Below the pieces are notes generated by a model, which was not told the origin of the DNA, did not search any database, and saw nothing but the letters and a program-made list of their open reading frames with translations. From Deinococcales bacterium (GTDB lineage: Bacteria > Deinococcota > Deinococci > Deinococcales > JAAFIG01), in assembly GCA_031414595.1 (NCBI GenBank), contig JANNVX010000041.1:1-64000 (forward strand): DNA of 64,000 nt, given 5' to 3'. How positions within the stretch are numbered: the stretch's first letter is position 1; each line of letters opens with the position of its first letter. This document shows, piece by piece, positions 18,429-28,625 of this stretch. Both the position numbers and the translations under genes were made by a program.

Positions 18429-19961
18429 TTAATCATCGGCGGCTGCCTCAAGTTCAGGGGCAATCAAATGCGGCAAGTGTTCTCGAGCCAATGCGACTAA
18501 TTTTTCGGGCAGTTCGGTAATCGGTACACGTTCGAGAATTTTTGTGGCAAGTTTGGCGTTGCGTCCAATCATTCCGCCAACGTAAACATCCACAGCTTCG
18601 ACCATCACGCCATCTTTTTTGACTTTTGTGCCTTGCAAGCCAAAATCACCAATGTGATGACTGGCACAAGCGTGTTGACAACCACTCCAATGAATCCGAA
18701 TTGGCTCGAGCAAAGGCAAAGCCAGTAAAAGCTCGGTCTCGAGAATATGGCTGACTTCAAGCGCACGGGTTTTGGTTTCAATCACCGCCAATGGGCAGAA
18801 TTCCACACCAGTACAACTGACTACGCCTTCGACAATTTTATTTGGGTAAGGTGTGTGGCGCGTAAAAAACGGGTGTGCCAGTACCGTCTCGAGGTCTTGG
18901 GTTTTAATATTTGGCAGGATTAAATTTTGTTCAATGGTAAAACGGGCTTCGCCAGTACCAAATTGCTCGGCAAGGTCGGCTAACTCGAGTAATGCTGTGC
19001 CGGTGGTGCGTCCGACGGGGACGTGAACCCCAATGTAATGTAAGCCCTCTTGTTTTTGGCGATTGACCCCAAGGTGTAAGCGTGGTGTGCCATGAATCCG
19101 TAAATCCTCGCCTGCTGTCTCGAGTTTCTGACTTATGTGGGTCTCGAGTTCAGCACGGAATTTTTCGATGCCCCAGAGTTCGAGTAACCACTTTAAGCGG
19201 GCTTTATGGCGTTCTTCGCGTAAGCCATGAATTCGGTAGAGTTCGACAATACCGCGTGTGATTTCGAGGGCTTGATGTGGTTCTATCCAAACATCCAGTT
19301 CCCGTGCCAACATCGGGTGTTTACCACCAACTGCGCCGCCAATCATGACGTTAAAACCAAGCGCACCGTTTTTTCTGGCTGGATACATGCCAATATCGTT
19401 GGTGCTTGCACCTGTGTCGTGAATATGCCCAGTGATATGAATGTTCATTTTGCGTGGCAAATTGGCGGTCTCAGTGTTGCCTTCGTGCAAATTGGTAATC
19501 CAATCCGAGATTTCACGGCAAATTGGCAGCGCATCAATTAATTCGCCCGCATCAAGTTGCGCCACACTCGAGGTCACAACATTGCGGATGCTGTCCATAC
19601 CGTTTTGCAAACTGGTTAAATTCACTGCCCGTAAGCGCTCATAGACTTCTGGGATATGACTGGTGTCAAGCCAGCGCAGTTGTACTTGTTGTCGTGTGGT
19701 CACATCCACCAAATCCCGTCCGAAATCTTGGGCAATTCTTGCCATAACCCGCAATTGGCTACTCGAGGCGACCCCGCCAGCCACACGAATGCGCTGCATC
19801 AGTGAAGGCGGCTCAGTTTCTCTGTACCAAAATCCAATCCATTTGATGCGTTGTTGGTCGTCTTTAGATAATTCAGCCACTGGTGTTGCTGCTAAACGCG
19901 GGAATTCATTTAGCAACTCGAGACCGAGCTTTTCTTGTTTTAAGCGTTCAATTGGATTCAT
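18429..19961 (-). CDS. nirA: Ferredoxin-nitrite reductase (siroheme/4Fe-4S)
   Basis: DVTTRQQVQ, NLPRKMN, SCTGVEFC and WSGCQHAC cysteine motifs; context with nitrate reductase and NarK. Confidence 0.85.
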   Translation of the reverse strand: MNPIERLKQEKLGLELLNEFPRLAATPVAELSKDDQQRIKWIGFWYRETEPPSLMQRIRVAGGVASSSQLRVMARIAQDFGRDLVDVTTRQQVQLRWLDTSHIPEVYERLRAVNLTSLQNGMDSIRNVVTSSVAQLDAGELIDALPICREISDWITNLHEGNTETANLPRKMNIHITGHIHDTGASTNDIGMYPARKNGALGFNVMIGGAVGGKHPMLARELDVWIEPHQALEITRGIVELYRIHGLREERHKARLKWLLELWGIEKFRAELETHISQKLETAGEDLRIHGTPRLHLGVNRQKQEGLHYIGVHVPVGRTTGTALLELADLAEQFGTGEARFTIEQNLILPNIKTQDLETVLAHPFFTRHTPYPNKIVEGVVSCTGVEFCPLAVIETKTRALEVSHILETELLLALPLLEPIRIHWSGCQHACASHHIGDFGLQGTKVKKDGVMVEAVDVYVGGMIGRNAKLATKILERVPITELPEKLVALAREHLPHLIAPELEAAADD

Positions 19962-20231
19962 TGTGCTGCACCTACCCTTACGAGGGTCATGTTAGCCACA
20001 GTTTGTGCAAATTGTCAATTCAAAAGATTTCATGTGTTAAATTTTATTTATACATTTTGTAGAATAATAAGCCTATTTTGTAAAATGTATTTGATTATTT
20101 GTACACTTTGCAAATTCAAAACCCGCAGAACGCTCGTTTGATTTTGGTTTTTGTGGCAAAAAATAAGAACATTGGACTCGGGACAAATTCGAGTCTCGAG
20201 TTAGACTTGACATCGGGTTGACATACGAGAC

Positions 20232-20262
20232 TTGACATCGGGTCTACCCGACGTTGCATTCT
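20232..20262 (+). promoter_or_regulatory. MerR-type promoter/operator
   Basis: -35 TTGACA (20232-37), 19-bp spacer containing the dyad TCGGGT-CT-ACCCGA, -10-like CATTCT; lies directly upstream of the MerR-like gene. Confidence 0.7.
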
Positions 20263-20285
20263 TAAAAAGCCACAAGGAGGCAACC

Positions 20286-20927
20286 ATGAATGGAATCAGT
20301 AAAACCAAATCAGAACTCGAGGCTTTTATTTTGCAATTCAAAACCATGATCGAGAATCCAGAAACCCAAGGTGTGATTTTAGTGCTGTGCGACAATAATT
20401 TAGCCACCGCCGAGATTTTTATACAATCTGGCGATGGACTGGGAATTGGTGAATTTTCGCAACTGGCTGGGGTCAGTCTCGAGGCTGTTCGTCACTGGGT
20501 TGAGGTTGGTTTAATCGAACCGTATTCATTAAACAGCAAATTCAGATTCTTACCACCACATCTGCTCGAGCTTCGGAGTTTGCAACAATGGCAAAGTCTG
20601 GGTTTAACTTTAGATGAAATTAAAAGCCGTAAAAAAACAGGCACGATTTTTATTCAAGATTCCCCAATGCAAATTGGCTCTGAAACCATTCCACATGCCA
20701 CGATTCAGATGTTGCCCCAAGACCATCCACAAGCCCAAGCCTTGGCTGGTCAACAAGTAGAATTTAAGAGGTACAGCAAAGAAGAATCCGAAGCTCGAGG
20801 GGTGAAACTCGATTATTTGCGAACCGACTACGAGGCGCAAATACTGGCACTCGAGCAGAAAAAACTCGAGCTAGACAAACAACTCGAGAATGCAAAGAAC
20901 TTACGAGCCAAACTCGAGGTTACTTAG
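20286..20927 (+). CDS. MerR-family HTH transcriptional regulator with N-terminal extension
   Basis: IGEFSQLAGVSLEAVRHWVEVGLIEP...LGLTLDEIK; C-terminal coiled coil; AAGGAGG RBS before ATG 20286. Confidence 0.8.
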   Translation: MNGISKTKSELEAFILQFKTMIENPETQGVILVLCDNNLATAEIFIQSGDGLGIGEFSQLAGVSLEAVRHWVEVGLIEPYSLNSKFRFLPPHLLELRSLQQWQSLGLTLDEIKSRKKTGTIFIQDSPMQIGSETIPHATIQMLPQDHPQAQALAGQQVEFKRYSKEESEARGVKLDYLRTDYEAQILALEQKKLELDKQLENAKNLRAKLEVT

Positions 20928-21923
20928 TTTATCCTGCACGGCTTTTGCCAGTATCTCGAGGGCAGAATCTGGAAAGGGTGAAACGCAACTGACGTTAATT
21001 TCGCACAGCACAAAAGAATCTTGATTAGCATCGCTAAACAAAAAATCGGCATCCCAAATCATTGGTAAATCGGCGGCTTGAATCCCCAGTATTTTGCAAA
21101 GTTCTGGCAACCACTCGGCTTCCATAGGTTGCCGAATAACCTGAAATTCAATTTGGTTTTGATCAAAGTAAAGGCGTTGCGTTGGTACTCGAGCCACCTC
21201 GCCAAAAGGAACAGGATAAAGCGCATTGATCTCTTGGTGTCCAAAACCAACCACTTTGTCCTGCACAAGGTAACAACGGATCATACCTTCGGTTATTCGC
21301 TGCTGATAAGTCTGACCTATGATGCGTCCGTTATTGGCAAAGTAAGGCTCGAGAATCTCGTAAAAAGCCGAAAAAGTCATGTCCTGCTCAAGATTGGCTC
21401 GAGGTGCATGACGCACCCGGACTAAGCCAGCATCGGTCGGATGAGCTTGGACTTTCCAAATACCAATGCCGTCGTTACCACGGTACTGCTTTAAGACTCG
21501 AGGTCCTGTTTTTAAGTGCTGTGGTAATTGCATTTGTAATTCCTGCATCGAATTGTACCGATGTGTTTCACAGCCCCAACTCATGTTTTGGGTTTGGTAC
21601 AGAACATCTTTTGTGCCTAATTTTAGAATCATGTCTGGGTGGGTGCTGACGTACACACCAGTATTGGCAAGTTCGCGCAGCATAGCATCCAGAATCCGTC
21701 GGTTACTATCCTGATGCAGTGGATTAACCCAGACCAAAACAGCATCCGCAGTTAATAATTCAGCTTCGACTTCTTGGGCAGCTTCATCGTTATACACAAC
21801 ACCAATCGTGTATAAACCAACTGCTTTCAAAGCAATCGCCACAGCATGGTAACGGCTCTGCTCGAGACTCGAATTCTGGCGAGCAGTTTGGTCGCCAGAC
21901 CAAACAATCGCAACGGTTTTCAT
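20901..21923 (-). CDS. Cj0069-like ATP-grasp protein
   Basis: VLVWVNP, VSTHPDMILKLGTKDVL, RVLKQYRGNDGIGIWKV, IWDADF, LCEINVSCVSPFP. Confidence 0.75.
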   Translation of the reverse strand: MKTVAIVWSGDQTARQNSSLEQSRYHAVAIALKAVGLYTIGVVYNDEAAQEVEAELLTADAVLVWVNPLHQDSNRRILDAMLRELANTGVYVSTHPDMILKLGTKDVLYQTQNMSWGCETHRYNSMQELQMQLPQHLKTGPRVLKQYRGNDGIGIWKVQAHPTDAGLVRVRHAPRANLEQDMTFSAFYEILEPYFANNGRIIGQTYQQRITEGMIRCYLVQDKVVGFGHQEINALYPVPFGEVARVPTQRLYFDQNQIEFQVIRQPMEAEWLPELCKILGIQAADLPMIWDADFLFSDANQDSFVLCEINVSCVSPFPDSALEILAKAVQDKLSNLEFGS

Positions 21924-22288
21924 AGGGTTTCAGGTTGGTTAATCTGTGCGACTACACCATCTGGGTGGCGCAAAAATGCCATGTGATTACGGTTGTTTTC
22001 ATTAAAAAAAGGTTCGCGTTCGTAAATATAGCCGTCCCCCAGCAACTTAGCACAAGTGGCTTTAATGTCGTCTACCACAAAAGCAATGTGTAGTAAGCTC
22101 GGGGCTGGCATTCCAGAAACTTCGATTAACTCGAGGTCAACCCCCGTGGCGGGATTGGTAATAAATGCTGTCGGCATTTGATTGGCGTAGTGCTTGCCGC
22201 GTCCACGCAGCACAAAACCAAGGGTTTGGTACAAAATAATTCCAGCTTCGACATTGTGGATGCCAAGGGCAACATGGTGTAATTTCAT
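21920..22288 (-). CDS. VOC/glyoxalase family protein
   Basis: LHHVAL, LELIE, HIAFVVDDI, AFLRHPDG. Confidence 0.85.
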   Translation of the reverse strand: MKLHHVALGIHNVEAGIILYQTLGFVLRGRGKHYANQMPTAFITNPATGVDLELIEVSGMPAPSLLHIAFVVDDIKATCAKLLGDGYIYEREPFFNENNRNHMAFLRHPDGVVAQINQPETL

Positions 22289-22294
22289 GCCGAA

Positions 22295-22639
22295 TTATAC
22301 GTCAAAATGGTCTCGGATGCGGTCATCTATAATTTGCATCAAGTCATTGGGGACAAAACCGAGTTGTTTGAGTAACCTCACCGTATGGACGGCTCGAGTC
22401 ATTTCAACTTGGGCGCGACTATCAAAATCTAGTCCTGTACGCTGATTTGGCAATATCACATCGGTACGAAAAATACGTTCTAAGTTACTCGAGAGCGGCA
22501 TAACTTGAACCAATATAGCTTGTGCATTGACGTGGTTGTTACTGACCAGGATGGCTGGATGAATCTGGGCGGCTTCGCCTTCACGTCCGTCGGGCATAAA
22601 ATTCACAAGGTAAATGTCACCTCGGCGTAGTAATTTCAT
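22295..22639 (-). CDS. PemK/MazF-family toxin
   Basis: RRGDIYLVNF...GEAAQIHPAILVSNN...TGLDFDSRAQVE. Confidence 0.9.
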   Translation of the reverse strand: MKLLRRGDIYLVNFMPDGREGEAAQIHPAILVSNNHVNAQAILVQVMPLSSNLERIFRTDVILPNQRTGLDFDSRAQVEMTRAVHTVRLLKQLGFVPNDLMQIIDDRIRDHFDV

Positions 22640-22893
22640 GGGTCACTCGTTTCAAGACCATCGCTTAAATCCAAACCAATCAGGGTTTCAGGGTGTAATC
22701 GTTGATACTCGGCTTGTTCGGCATAACCACGTTCCATATCCAAACTTTTTAGGGTTTGAATCGCCAGTGCAACCACAGCGCTGCGTGACTCGAGACCGTG
22801 CCATACTTGGTAATCGTCTAAGAACCGAGCCAAACGTGGTGGGATGGTGACATTAACTCGAGTTGCTGTTTCTTTTTCTAATACACTTTTCAT
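22636..22893 (-). CDS. Ribbon-helix-helix antitoxin
   Basis: RVNVTIP...LDDYQ..HGLESRSAVVALAI; ATGA overlap with the toxin. Confidence 0.82.
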   Translation of the reverse strand: MKSVLEKETATRVNVTIPPRLARFLDDYQVWHGLESRSAVVALAIQTLKSLDMERGYAEQAEYQRLHPETLIGLDLSDGLETSDP

Positions 22894-22964
22894 GCCATGA
22901 TTTTAGCACACTTAAGTTCAGTATCACTCGAGTAACCCCGCAGTAAGTATAAGATAATACCCTT

Positions 22965-25900
22965 ATGACCTCGAGTGACCAGTACCAATTTGTGCGTGAG
23001 CTTGGGGCTGGGGCGATGGGCAGGGTTTCGTTGGTGCGCCATCAGGTTTCTGGGCAGTTCTTTGCCTTAAAACGCATGAACGACCATGTGGCGGCTTCTG
23101 GTGGGGCGAGAATGCGTCAGGAATTTCGCTCCTTAGCCCAGATTAACCATAAAAATGTGGTGCGGGTTTTTGAATTTGGTGAAGAGAACCAAAAACCTTT
23201 TTTAGTCATGGAATACGTCCAAGGACAAGACATGTCCGAATGGATTGGCACAAATCCAGATTTTATGACCATCAGTCACGTCTTTGCGGCGATTAGCGAC
23301 GGTTTAAGCGCAGTTCATGCCCAAGGCTTAATTCACCGTGACTTAAAACCCGAGAACATCCGAATTACCACCGACGGACAAGCGAAAATCATGGATTTTG
23401 GACTGGTTAAAGTGCTAGAAGGTTCAGTCGCCATCACCAAAGTCGGGGCAATGGTTGGCACAGCCTTGTACATGAGTCCAGAACAATGCAAAGGTCATCA
23501 ACTCGATTACCGCGCCGATTTGTACGCCCTTGGTGTGGTGCTGTACTGGGCATTGACCAAGCTGCATCCTTTTCGTGGCGATAGCATTGTTGAAGTGGTT
23601 TTGCAGCACGTCCAAAAAATGCCAATCCCACCGCGAACCCATAACCCACATATCCCCGAAAGTCTCGAGAAAATTTGTTTGGCATTGCTTGCTAAAAAAC
23701 CAGCCGACCGCCCAAGCAGTGCCGAAGCAGTCCAAAAATTATTAACCCGTGCCTTAAGAACAGCAAGCAGCCAAACCATCGAAACAACCGTGCAAACGGC
23801 TCGAGCCGACGCGCTTTTAATTGCGCCACTGATTGGACGAGACATCGAACTCGAGGCGCTGCTGGTGCTGCTCGAGAACAATTCCAAAGGTTTATATGCC
23901 TTGACTGGCGATGTTGGCATTGGTAAAACCCGTTTACAAGGCGCTCTTTCCGAACGCGCCCAAAGTGAATCAATGCGTTTTGGCATTGCCGAAGCTGTCG
24001 CTAACGACCCAACCCCATTTGGATTGGTCAAGCGCTTAATCGAAAATCTCGAGAAACACTATCAATTTGTTTTTGAAGAACTCAGTCCAGCCTCCAGAGC
24101 CGAACTGTCGCGAATCGCCCCGCAATTTGGCAAACCAGTCCCCACCGACCCAAGCATCCCAATCGAAATTGCTCGATTGCGTCTGCTTGAAGCCTTCGCG
24201 GAATTCTTACAACGCATCTCGAGCCTAACGATTATTGCCTTAGAAAACCTGCATTGGGCGGATGAAAGCACCTTGGCGCTGCTTGCCCATGCCTTACGAA
24301 CCGTACCAGAGGCTCGAGTAATCATTACTTTTCGGCTCGAGGATTTGCCACCTGGTCAGAACCTGCCTAAAGGCATTCCAAAACCGATTAAAACCATCCA
24401 CCTAGAACCCCTCGAGCCACCCTCGATGCGGGCATTACTTAAAGCATTGCTGGGCGGGGAAATCGAAGCCGCCTTAGAAGAAGAACTGGTCAGGCACGCC
24501 GACGGCAACCCGTGGGTTTTAGAAGAACGGCTTAAAGCGATGCTCGAGAACGGGGCAATCGAACACCGAGGTGATTATTTTCAGTGGAACAAAAGTTTAC
24601 CTCCTGTGCCAAACAGCTTATCGGATTTACTCAATCACCGCTTAGAAGCCTTAGAAGCCAATACTTTAGAATTTGCTCGAGCCGCCAGTATCCTCGGGCG
24701 GCACTACGACTTTGAAGATGTCCGCGCTATTCTCGAATGGACAGACGACCAAGCCTTAGAATCCTTGGAAGCCTTGACTCGAGCCAGATTAGTGGCAGAA
24801 AATGCAGGTACACACGGCGAAAACTTTAGATTTACCCACCCGATGTACCACGAACTGCTGCGCCAAGGGATTATTCGCCTAAAACGCAAGCGCCTTCATG
24901 CTAAAGCTGCACTGCAACGAACAGGCAAAGCCGAAAGTATCGAACTGGCCGAACACTGGCATGGCGCAGAAAATTATAGCAAGGCGCTCGAGTACGCCAT
25001 GCAAGCCGGAATAAGCGCCCAAAATGCCTTTGCTTACCCACAAGCTCAACATGCCTACCGACTGGCATTAGAAGCCACCCACAACTTAGAACTCGAAAGC
25101 AGCATCAGTCTCGAGCAGCGCCAAGCAGCCCTAAAAGCCAAACATGCACTGGGCGAAGTCTTAAGTTACACCGGTGCAACTGCCGAAGCACTGAGGTTAT
25201 GGCGCGAAGTGCTAGAAGAAGCAAAACGAGTCCAAAACAGCCAAGAAATCAGTGCGCTGGCTAAAGTTGATTTGGTACGGTTAATGCGCTTTGCCGATGA
25301 CCATAAAAATGCCCTCGAGTTAATAGGCGAACCAGAAGAAGCAGCGCCTTTATATGGTTTATTGTGCGTTGAATTATCGAATTTATGGCGCAAAGATGAT
25401 TTGCCCAAAGCTCGAGCTTATGCACTCGCTGCTGTAAAAAACGCAAAACTCGAGAATAAAAGATTGGATTTGGTGAGGGCAGTTTTATCGTTAAGCACCT
25501 GTGTGAAGCAACCAGAACGAAAAATCGCTTTGGCGAAAATTGCGGTGAGATTAGCTGAATACGAGCAAAATAATCATTTCCTATCTGTTGCATGGAATGA
25601 CCTTGGTTCGGCGTTGTATCGTCAAGATTATCGAGAAGAAGCGTTTAAGGCTTGGCAAAAAGCCACACAATATGCACAAATCACAGGCAATATTCGCATT
25701 GTAGTTACCGCAGACATCAATAGGTCACTCATGCTTACTCAAGATTCTTATTTTTCTGAAGCAAAAGAAATGTTAGAAATTGCTCGAGAATTAGCAAACC
25801 AACTGGAACTACAATCATTAGAAAATAGTGCGATTTCAAATATTGCACTCTGTAAATACGCATTGAACCACCTAAACGCTGCTCGTGTAGATTTTGCACA

Positions 25901-26381
25901 AATACGAAATCATAACCTTGAAAAACAAGCTCGTTCTTGGGAAGCTCGAATCACTCTCGAGCTAGGTGATGGTTTTGTAATGCAAATACCAGAATTTGAA
26001 GAACACGAGTTTGGCTTTGGAATTTATCAACTTGTTAAAGTGCTACAAGCCCTATCTTTTGGCGATTATCAAGGTGTTTGGCAAAACACCACTGAACCAA
26101 ACCATGAATCCGACTGGCACTGGGCATTGGCTCGAGTTCATGCGGGTTGGCGTTTGGGTTTACGTGACGAAAATGCAATTAATCAAATTTTAGAAGGACG
26201 CGCCGAAGACCCAACGTTAAGTAAACCCTTAGCTCGAGAATTTGCGGTTTTTGTAGAACTGGTTCTGCAATCTTGGACACCAGAAATACGAGAGCAACTT
26301 GTAGCACAAGCCAAAAAATACATTTCAAGTCCGATTGGTTTACTGGCTCGAGACGTGCTGCTTGAACTCGAAACCCATTAA
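22965..26381 (+). CDS. Ser/Thr protein kinase - AAA_16/STAND ATPase - TPR protein
   Basis: LGAGAMG, ALK, HRDLKPEN, DFG, YMSPEQ kinase motifs; LIGRDIEL, GDVGIGKTRL, LENLHWADE, GNP, FRFTH; helical repeats at the C-terminus. Confidence 0.9.
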   Translation: MTSSDQYQFVRELGAGAMGRVSLVRHQVSGQFFALKRMNDHVAASGGARMRQEFRSLAQINHKNVVRVFEFGEENQKPFLVMEYVQGQDMSEWIGTNPDFMTISHVFAAISDGLSAVHAQGLIHRDLKPENIRITTDGQAKIMDFGLVKVLEGSVAITKVGAMVGTALYMSPEQCKGHQLDYRADLYALGVVLYWALTKLHPFRGDSIVEVVLQHVQKMPIPPRTHNPHIPESLEKICLALLAKKPADRPSSAEAVQKLLTRALRTASSQTIETTVQTARADALLIAPLIGRDIELEALLVLLENNSKGLYALTGDVGIGKTRLQGALSERAQSESMRFGIAEAVANDPTPFGLVKRLIENLEKHYQFVFEELSPASRAELSRIAPQFGKPVPTDPSIPIEIARLRLLEAFAEFLQRISSLTIIALENLHWADESTLALLAHALRTVPEARVIITFRLEDLPPGQNLPKGIPKPIKTIHLEPLEPPSMRALLKALLGGEIEAALEEELVRHADGNPWVLEERLKAMLENGAIEHRGDYFQWNKSLPPVPNSLSDLLNHRLEALEANTLEFARAASILGRHYDFEDVRAILEWTDDQALESLEALTRARLVAENAGTHGENFRFTHPMYHELLRQGIIRLKRKRLHAKAALQRTGKAESIELAEHWHGAENYSKALEYAMQAGISAQNAFAYPQAQHAYRLALEATHNLELESSISLEQRQAALKAKHALGEVLSYTGATAEALRLWREVLEEAKRVQNSQEISALAKVDLVRLMRFADDHKNALELIGEPEEAAPLYGLLCVELSNLWRKDDLPKARAYALAAVKNAKLENKRLDLVRAVLSLSTCVKQPERKIALAKIAVRLAEYEQNNHFLSVAWNDLGSALYRQDYREEAFKAWQKATQYAQITGNIRIVVTADINRSLMLTQDSYFSEAKEMLEIARELANQLELQSLENSAISNIALCKYALNHLNAARVDFAQIRNHNLEKQARSWEARITLELGDGFVMQIPEFEEHEFGFGIYQLVKVLQALSFGDYQGVWQNTTEPNHESDWHWALARVHAGWRLGLRDENAINQILEGRAEDPTLSKPLAREFAVFVELVLQSWTPEIREQLVAQAKKYISSPIGLLARDVLLELETH

Positions 26382-26476
26382 GATTTTTCACCAATGATTG
26401 AGTATATTCTATACGTTCCAAACAGTATAAATTTATTATTGCTAAGAAAAAACGGGCATTAGTGGTAGCATTAAGT

Positions 26477-28579
26477 ATGAAGCGGTTTTATCAATTTAGT
26501 CTTTTTTTACTCACCCTTTTAATTGCTGGGTGTCGTCCAGATGTAGTGCGTCCTTTTAATCAGCAAACGGCAACTCAAGTCCAGAAATTTGGCGATGACA
26601 TGACTGCCAGTTCAGTACAGTTTTTGAAAGGTTTTCCGGTAGATGCAAACAATGCGCCCGTTTACCTCCAAAGCCTTTTGCCCGTCCCTCCCACCCCCAG
26701 CGCTGGCGTGTCCTCGAGCCTCCGCCCTCAAGCTGGCACAGATTGCGGGCTTCCTAGCAACGACCCAATGCGTTTAGATGCCGATAGCGATGGTATTCAA
26801 GCCAATTACAATTATACTTTTAACTGCTCGAGCGCTTCATATCGGGGTTTCCCTGCGCTGCTCACGGGTAATATAAAAATTACTGACCGTGACGATAACG
26901 ACCCAACCAGTGGTTATGATGTGACCATCACTGCCCTAAAACTCGAGTACACCAATAGTGAGGGTAAAGCCGAATCGTTGGTCTCGAGTCAGGTTACAAA
27001 GTTGCTGAAATTGGTTTCTGGCGAATATTCGGTCAATCAAGATTTTTCGTTTGCCAGCACCATAAATGGTCTGACCACTGGTTACACCCGTAAAGGTGTG
27101 TTGACTTATGCGCCACTTGGCACGGCAGACCGTTTTGCCAGAGGAGTGCTGAATGGCACAACCGATTTTTCGTTTACTCAGAACAGTGAGACCCGCAATT
27201 ACAAGTTAATAACCCAGAATTTGCGAGTTGATCAAACTGCTTGTGGTCGGGATTTAGCGGTCAATGCCGGTGTGTTGCGTTTTGAGTATGCGACAGGCGA
27301 CAAGCTGACTTGGACGTTGCAGGATACCAATAATGATGGCAATGCCTGTGGTGAGGGTATTTGGGCGTTTAATGCGGTTAACTTGCCTCCTTCTGGTGCG
27401 TTGTCTGCCCCTTTGCAATTTGGTAATGGCTCAGATAACTTGGCGGCGGGTGTGGCTACCGATGCTTCTGGCAATACCTATTTTGTGTTTACCAGTTATA
27501 ACGGATTCGAGGAAACAACAGGTTCTAATAGTTTAGATGTGGTGCTGGTTAAATTAAATGCGACAGGTGTCAAGCAATGGTCTCGAGTAGTGGGTACACC
27601 ATTTGAGGATGTTGCGGCGGGCGTGGCAGTTGGGGCTGATGGGGCTGTTTATGTGGTGGGGACTACGGCTGGGTCGTTTCCTGATTTTGCAAATGGTGCG
27701 GATAAAGACGGGTTTGTGGCATTCTTTGACTCGAGCGGGGTGGCAAAGGGTGTGAAACAATTTGGTGGGGTTCGTGACCAAGTGGTTTCTGGTGTAGCTG
27801 TTGATAAAACCAATGGTGATGTTGTGGTTGTGGCTTCAACATTAACTGCGGCTGGGGATACGGATATTTTGCTGAGGGAATTTACCGCCAGTGGAGAGCT
27901 AAACTGGTCTAATCAACTTGTTTCGTCAGGTAATGAATCACCAAAAGCTGTGGTGGTTGGTGCTTGTGGTTGTGGTATTTATGTGACTGGTTCGGTTCTG
28001 GGTAATTTTGAAAGCAATACTGCTTTTGGTGGAACGGATTTATTCTTGGTAAAGTACGACGAGCTTGGTGTTGGGCAGTGGTCGCGTCAGTTCGGTACAA
28101 ATTTTAACGACTATGCCGATGCGGTTGCCACAGACTCGAGTGGAATCTACTTAACCGGTTTGACTTATGGTACGTTCGCTACACAAACCAGTGCGGGTGG
28201 GGCGGATGTGGTGCTGATGCGTTTTGATATTTCGGGGACAAAGCAGTGGTTAAGGCAATTTGGTACGGCTAATTTTGATGCTGGTCATGCCTTGTACGCC
28301 GATGAAACCCATGTCTATCTGGCTGGCTCAACAGAGGGTAGTTCTGCTGGCAATACAAATGCAGGTTTGAAAGATGTTTTTGTTACTAAGTTTGCGGTTG
28401 ACAGCACCAAACTCTGGACAAAACAACGTGGTTCAGACAAAACCGATATTCCATTTGGCATGGCGCTTAGTCGTTCCAATTATTTGTTGATTATTGGACA
28501 AACCGACGGTGTATTTACCGGTGCATCTGGTTTTGGTCAGATTGACACATTTTTATTACCGATTCAAAAAACCCCGTGA
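26477..28579 (+). CDS. Lipoprotein with uncharacterised N-terminal domain and SBBP-type beta-propeller
   Basis: Lipobox LIAGC; repeated GVATDASGNTY / W.RQFGT...D motifs. Confidence 0.8.
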   Translation: MKRFYQFSLFLLTLLIAGCRPDVVRPFNQQTATQVQKFGDDMTASSVQFLKGFPVDANNAPVYLQSLLPVPPTPSAGVSSSLRPQAGTDCGLPSNDPMRLDADSDGIQANYNYTFNCSSASYRGFPALLTGNIKITDRDDNDPTSGYDVTITALKLEYTNSEGKAESLVSSQVTKLLKLVSGEYSVNQDFSFASTINGLTTGYTRKGVLTYAPLGTADRFARGVLNGTTDFSFTQNSETRNYKLITQNLRVDQTACGRDLAVNAGVLRFEYATGDKLTWTLQDTNNDGNACGEGIWAFNAVNLPPSGALSAPLQFGNGSDNLAAGVATDASGNTYFVFTSYNGFEETTGSNSLDVVLVKLNATGVKQWSRVVGTPFEDVAAGVAVGADGAVYVVGTTAGSFPDFANGADKDGFVAFFDSSGVAKGVKQFGGVRDQVVSGVAVDKTNGDVVVVASTLTAAGDTDILLREFTASGELNWSNQLVSSGNESPKAVVVGACGCGIYVTGSVLGNFESNTAFGGTDLFLVKYDELGVGQWSRQFGTNFNDYADAVATDSSGIYLTGLTYGTFATQTSAGGADVVLMRFDISGTKQWLRQFGTANFDAGHALYADETHVYLAGSTEGSSAGNTNAGLKDVFVTKFAVDSTKLWTKQRGSDKTDIPFGMALSRSNYLLIIGQTDGVFTGASGFGQIDTFLLPIQKTP

Positions 28580-28584
28580 TTTCT

Positions 28585-28618
28585 CAGTAAAAACCCGTCT
28601 TAAGACGGGTTTTTACTG
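28585..28618. terminator. Bidirectional intrinsic terminator (perfect 34-bp palindrome)
   Basis: CAGTAAAAACCCGTCTTAAGACGGGTTTTTACTG between convergent genes. Confidence 0.85.
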
Positions 28619-28625
28619 TTCTGCT

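Noticed and set aside
18056-18463. 135-aa ORF between nirA and nitrate reductase
   Set aside because: Mostly translated palindromic repeats with no recognisable domain, although its last codons overlap the reductase start and could be a gene remnant.
14399-18911. nirA segment duplication as a diversity-generating retroelement TR/VR pair
   Set aside because: Substitutions are not adenine-specific and are mostly synonymous; no reverse transcriptase is present.
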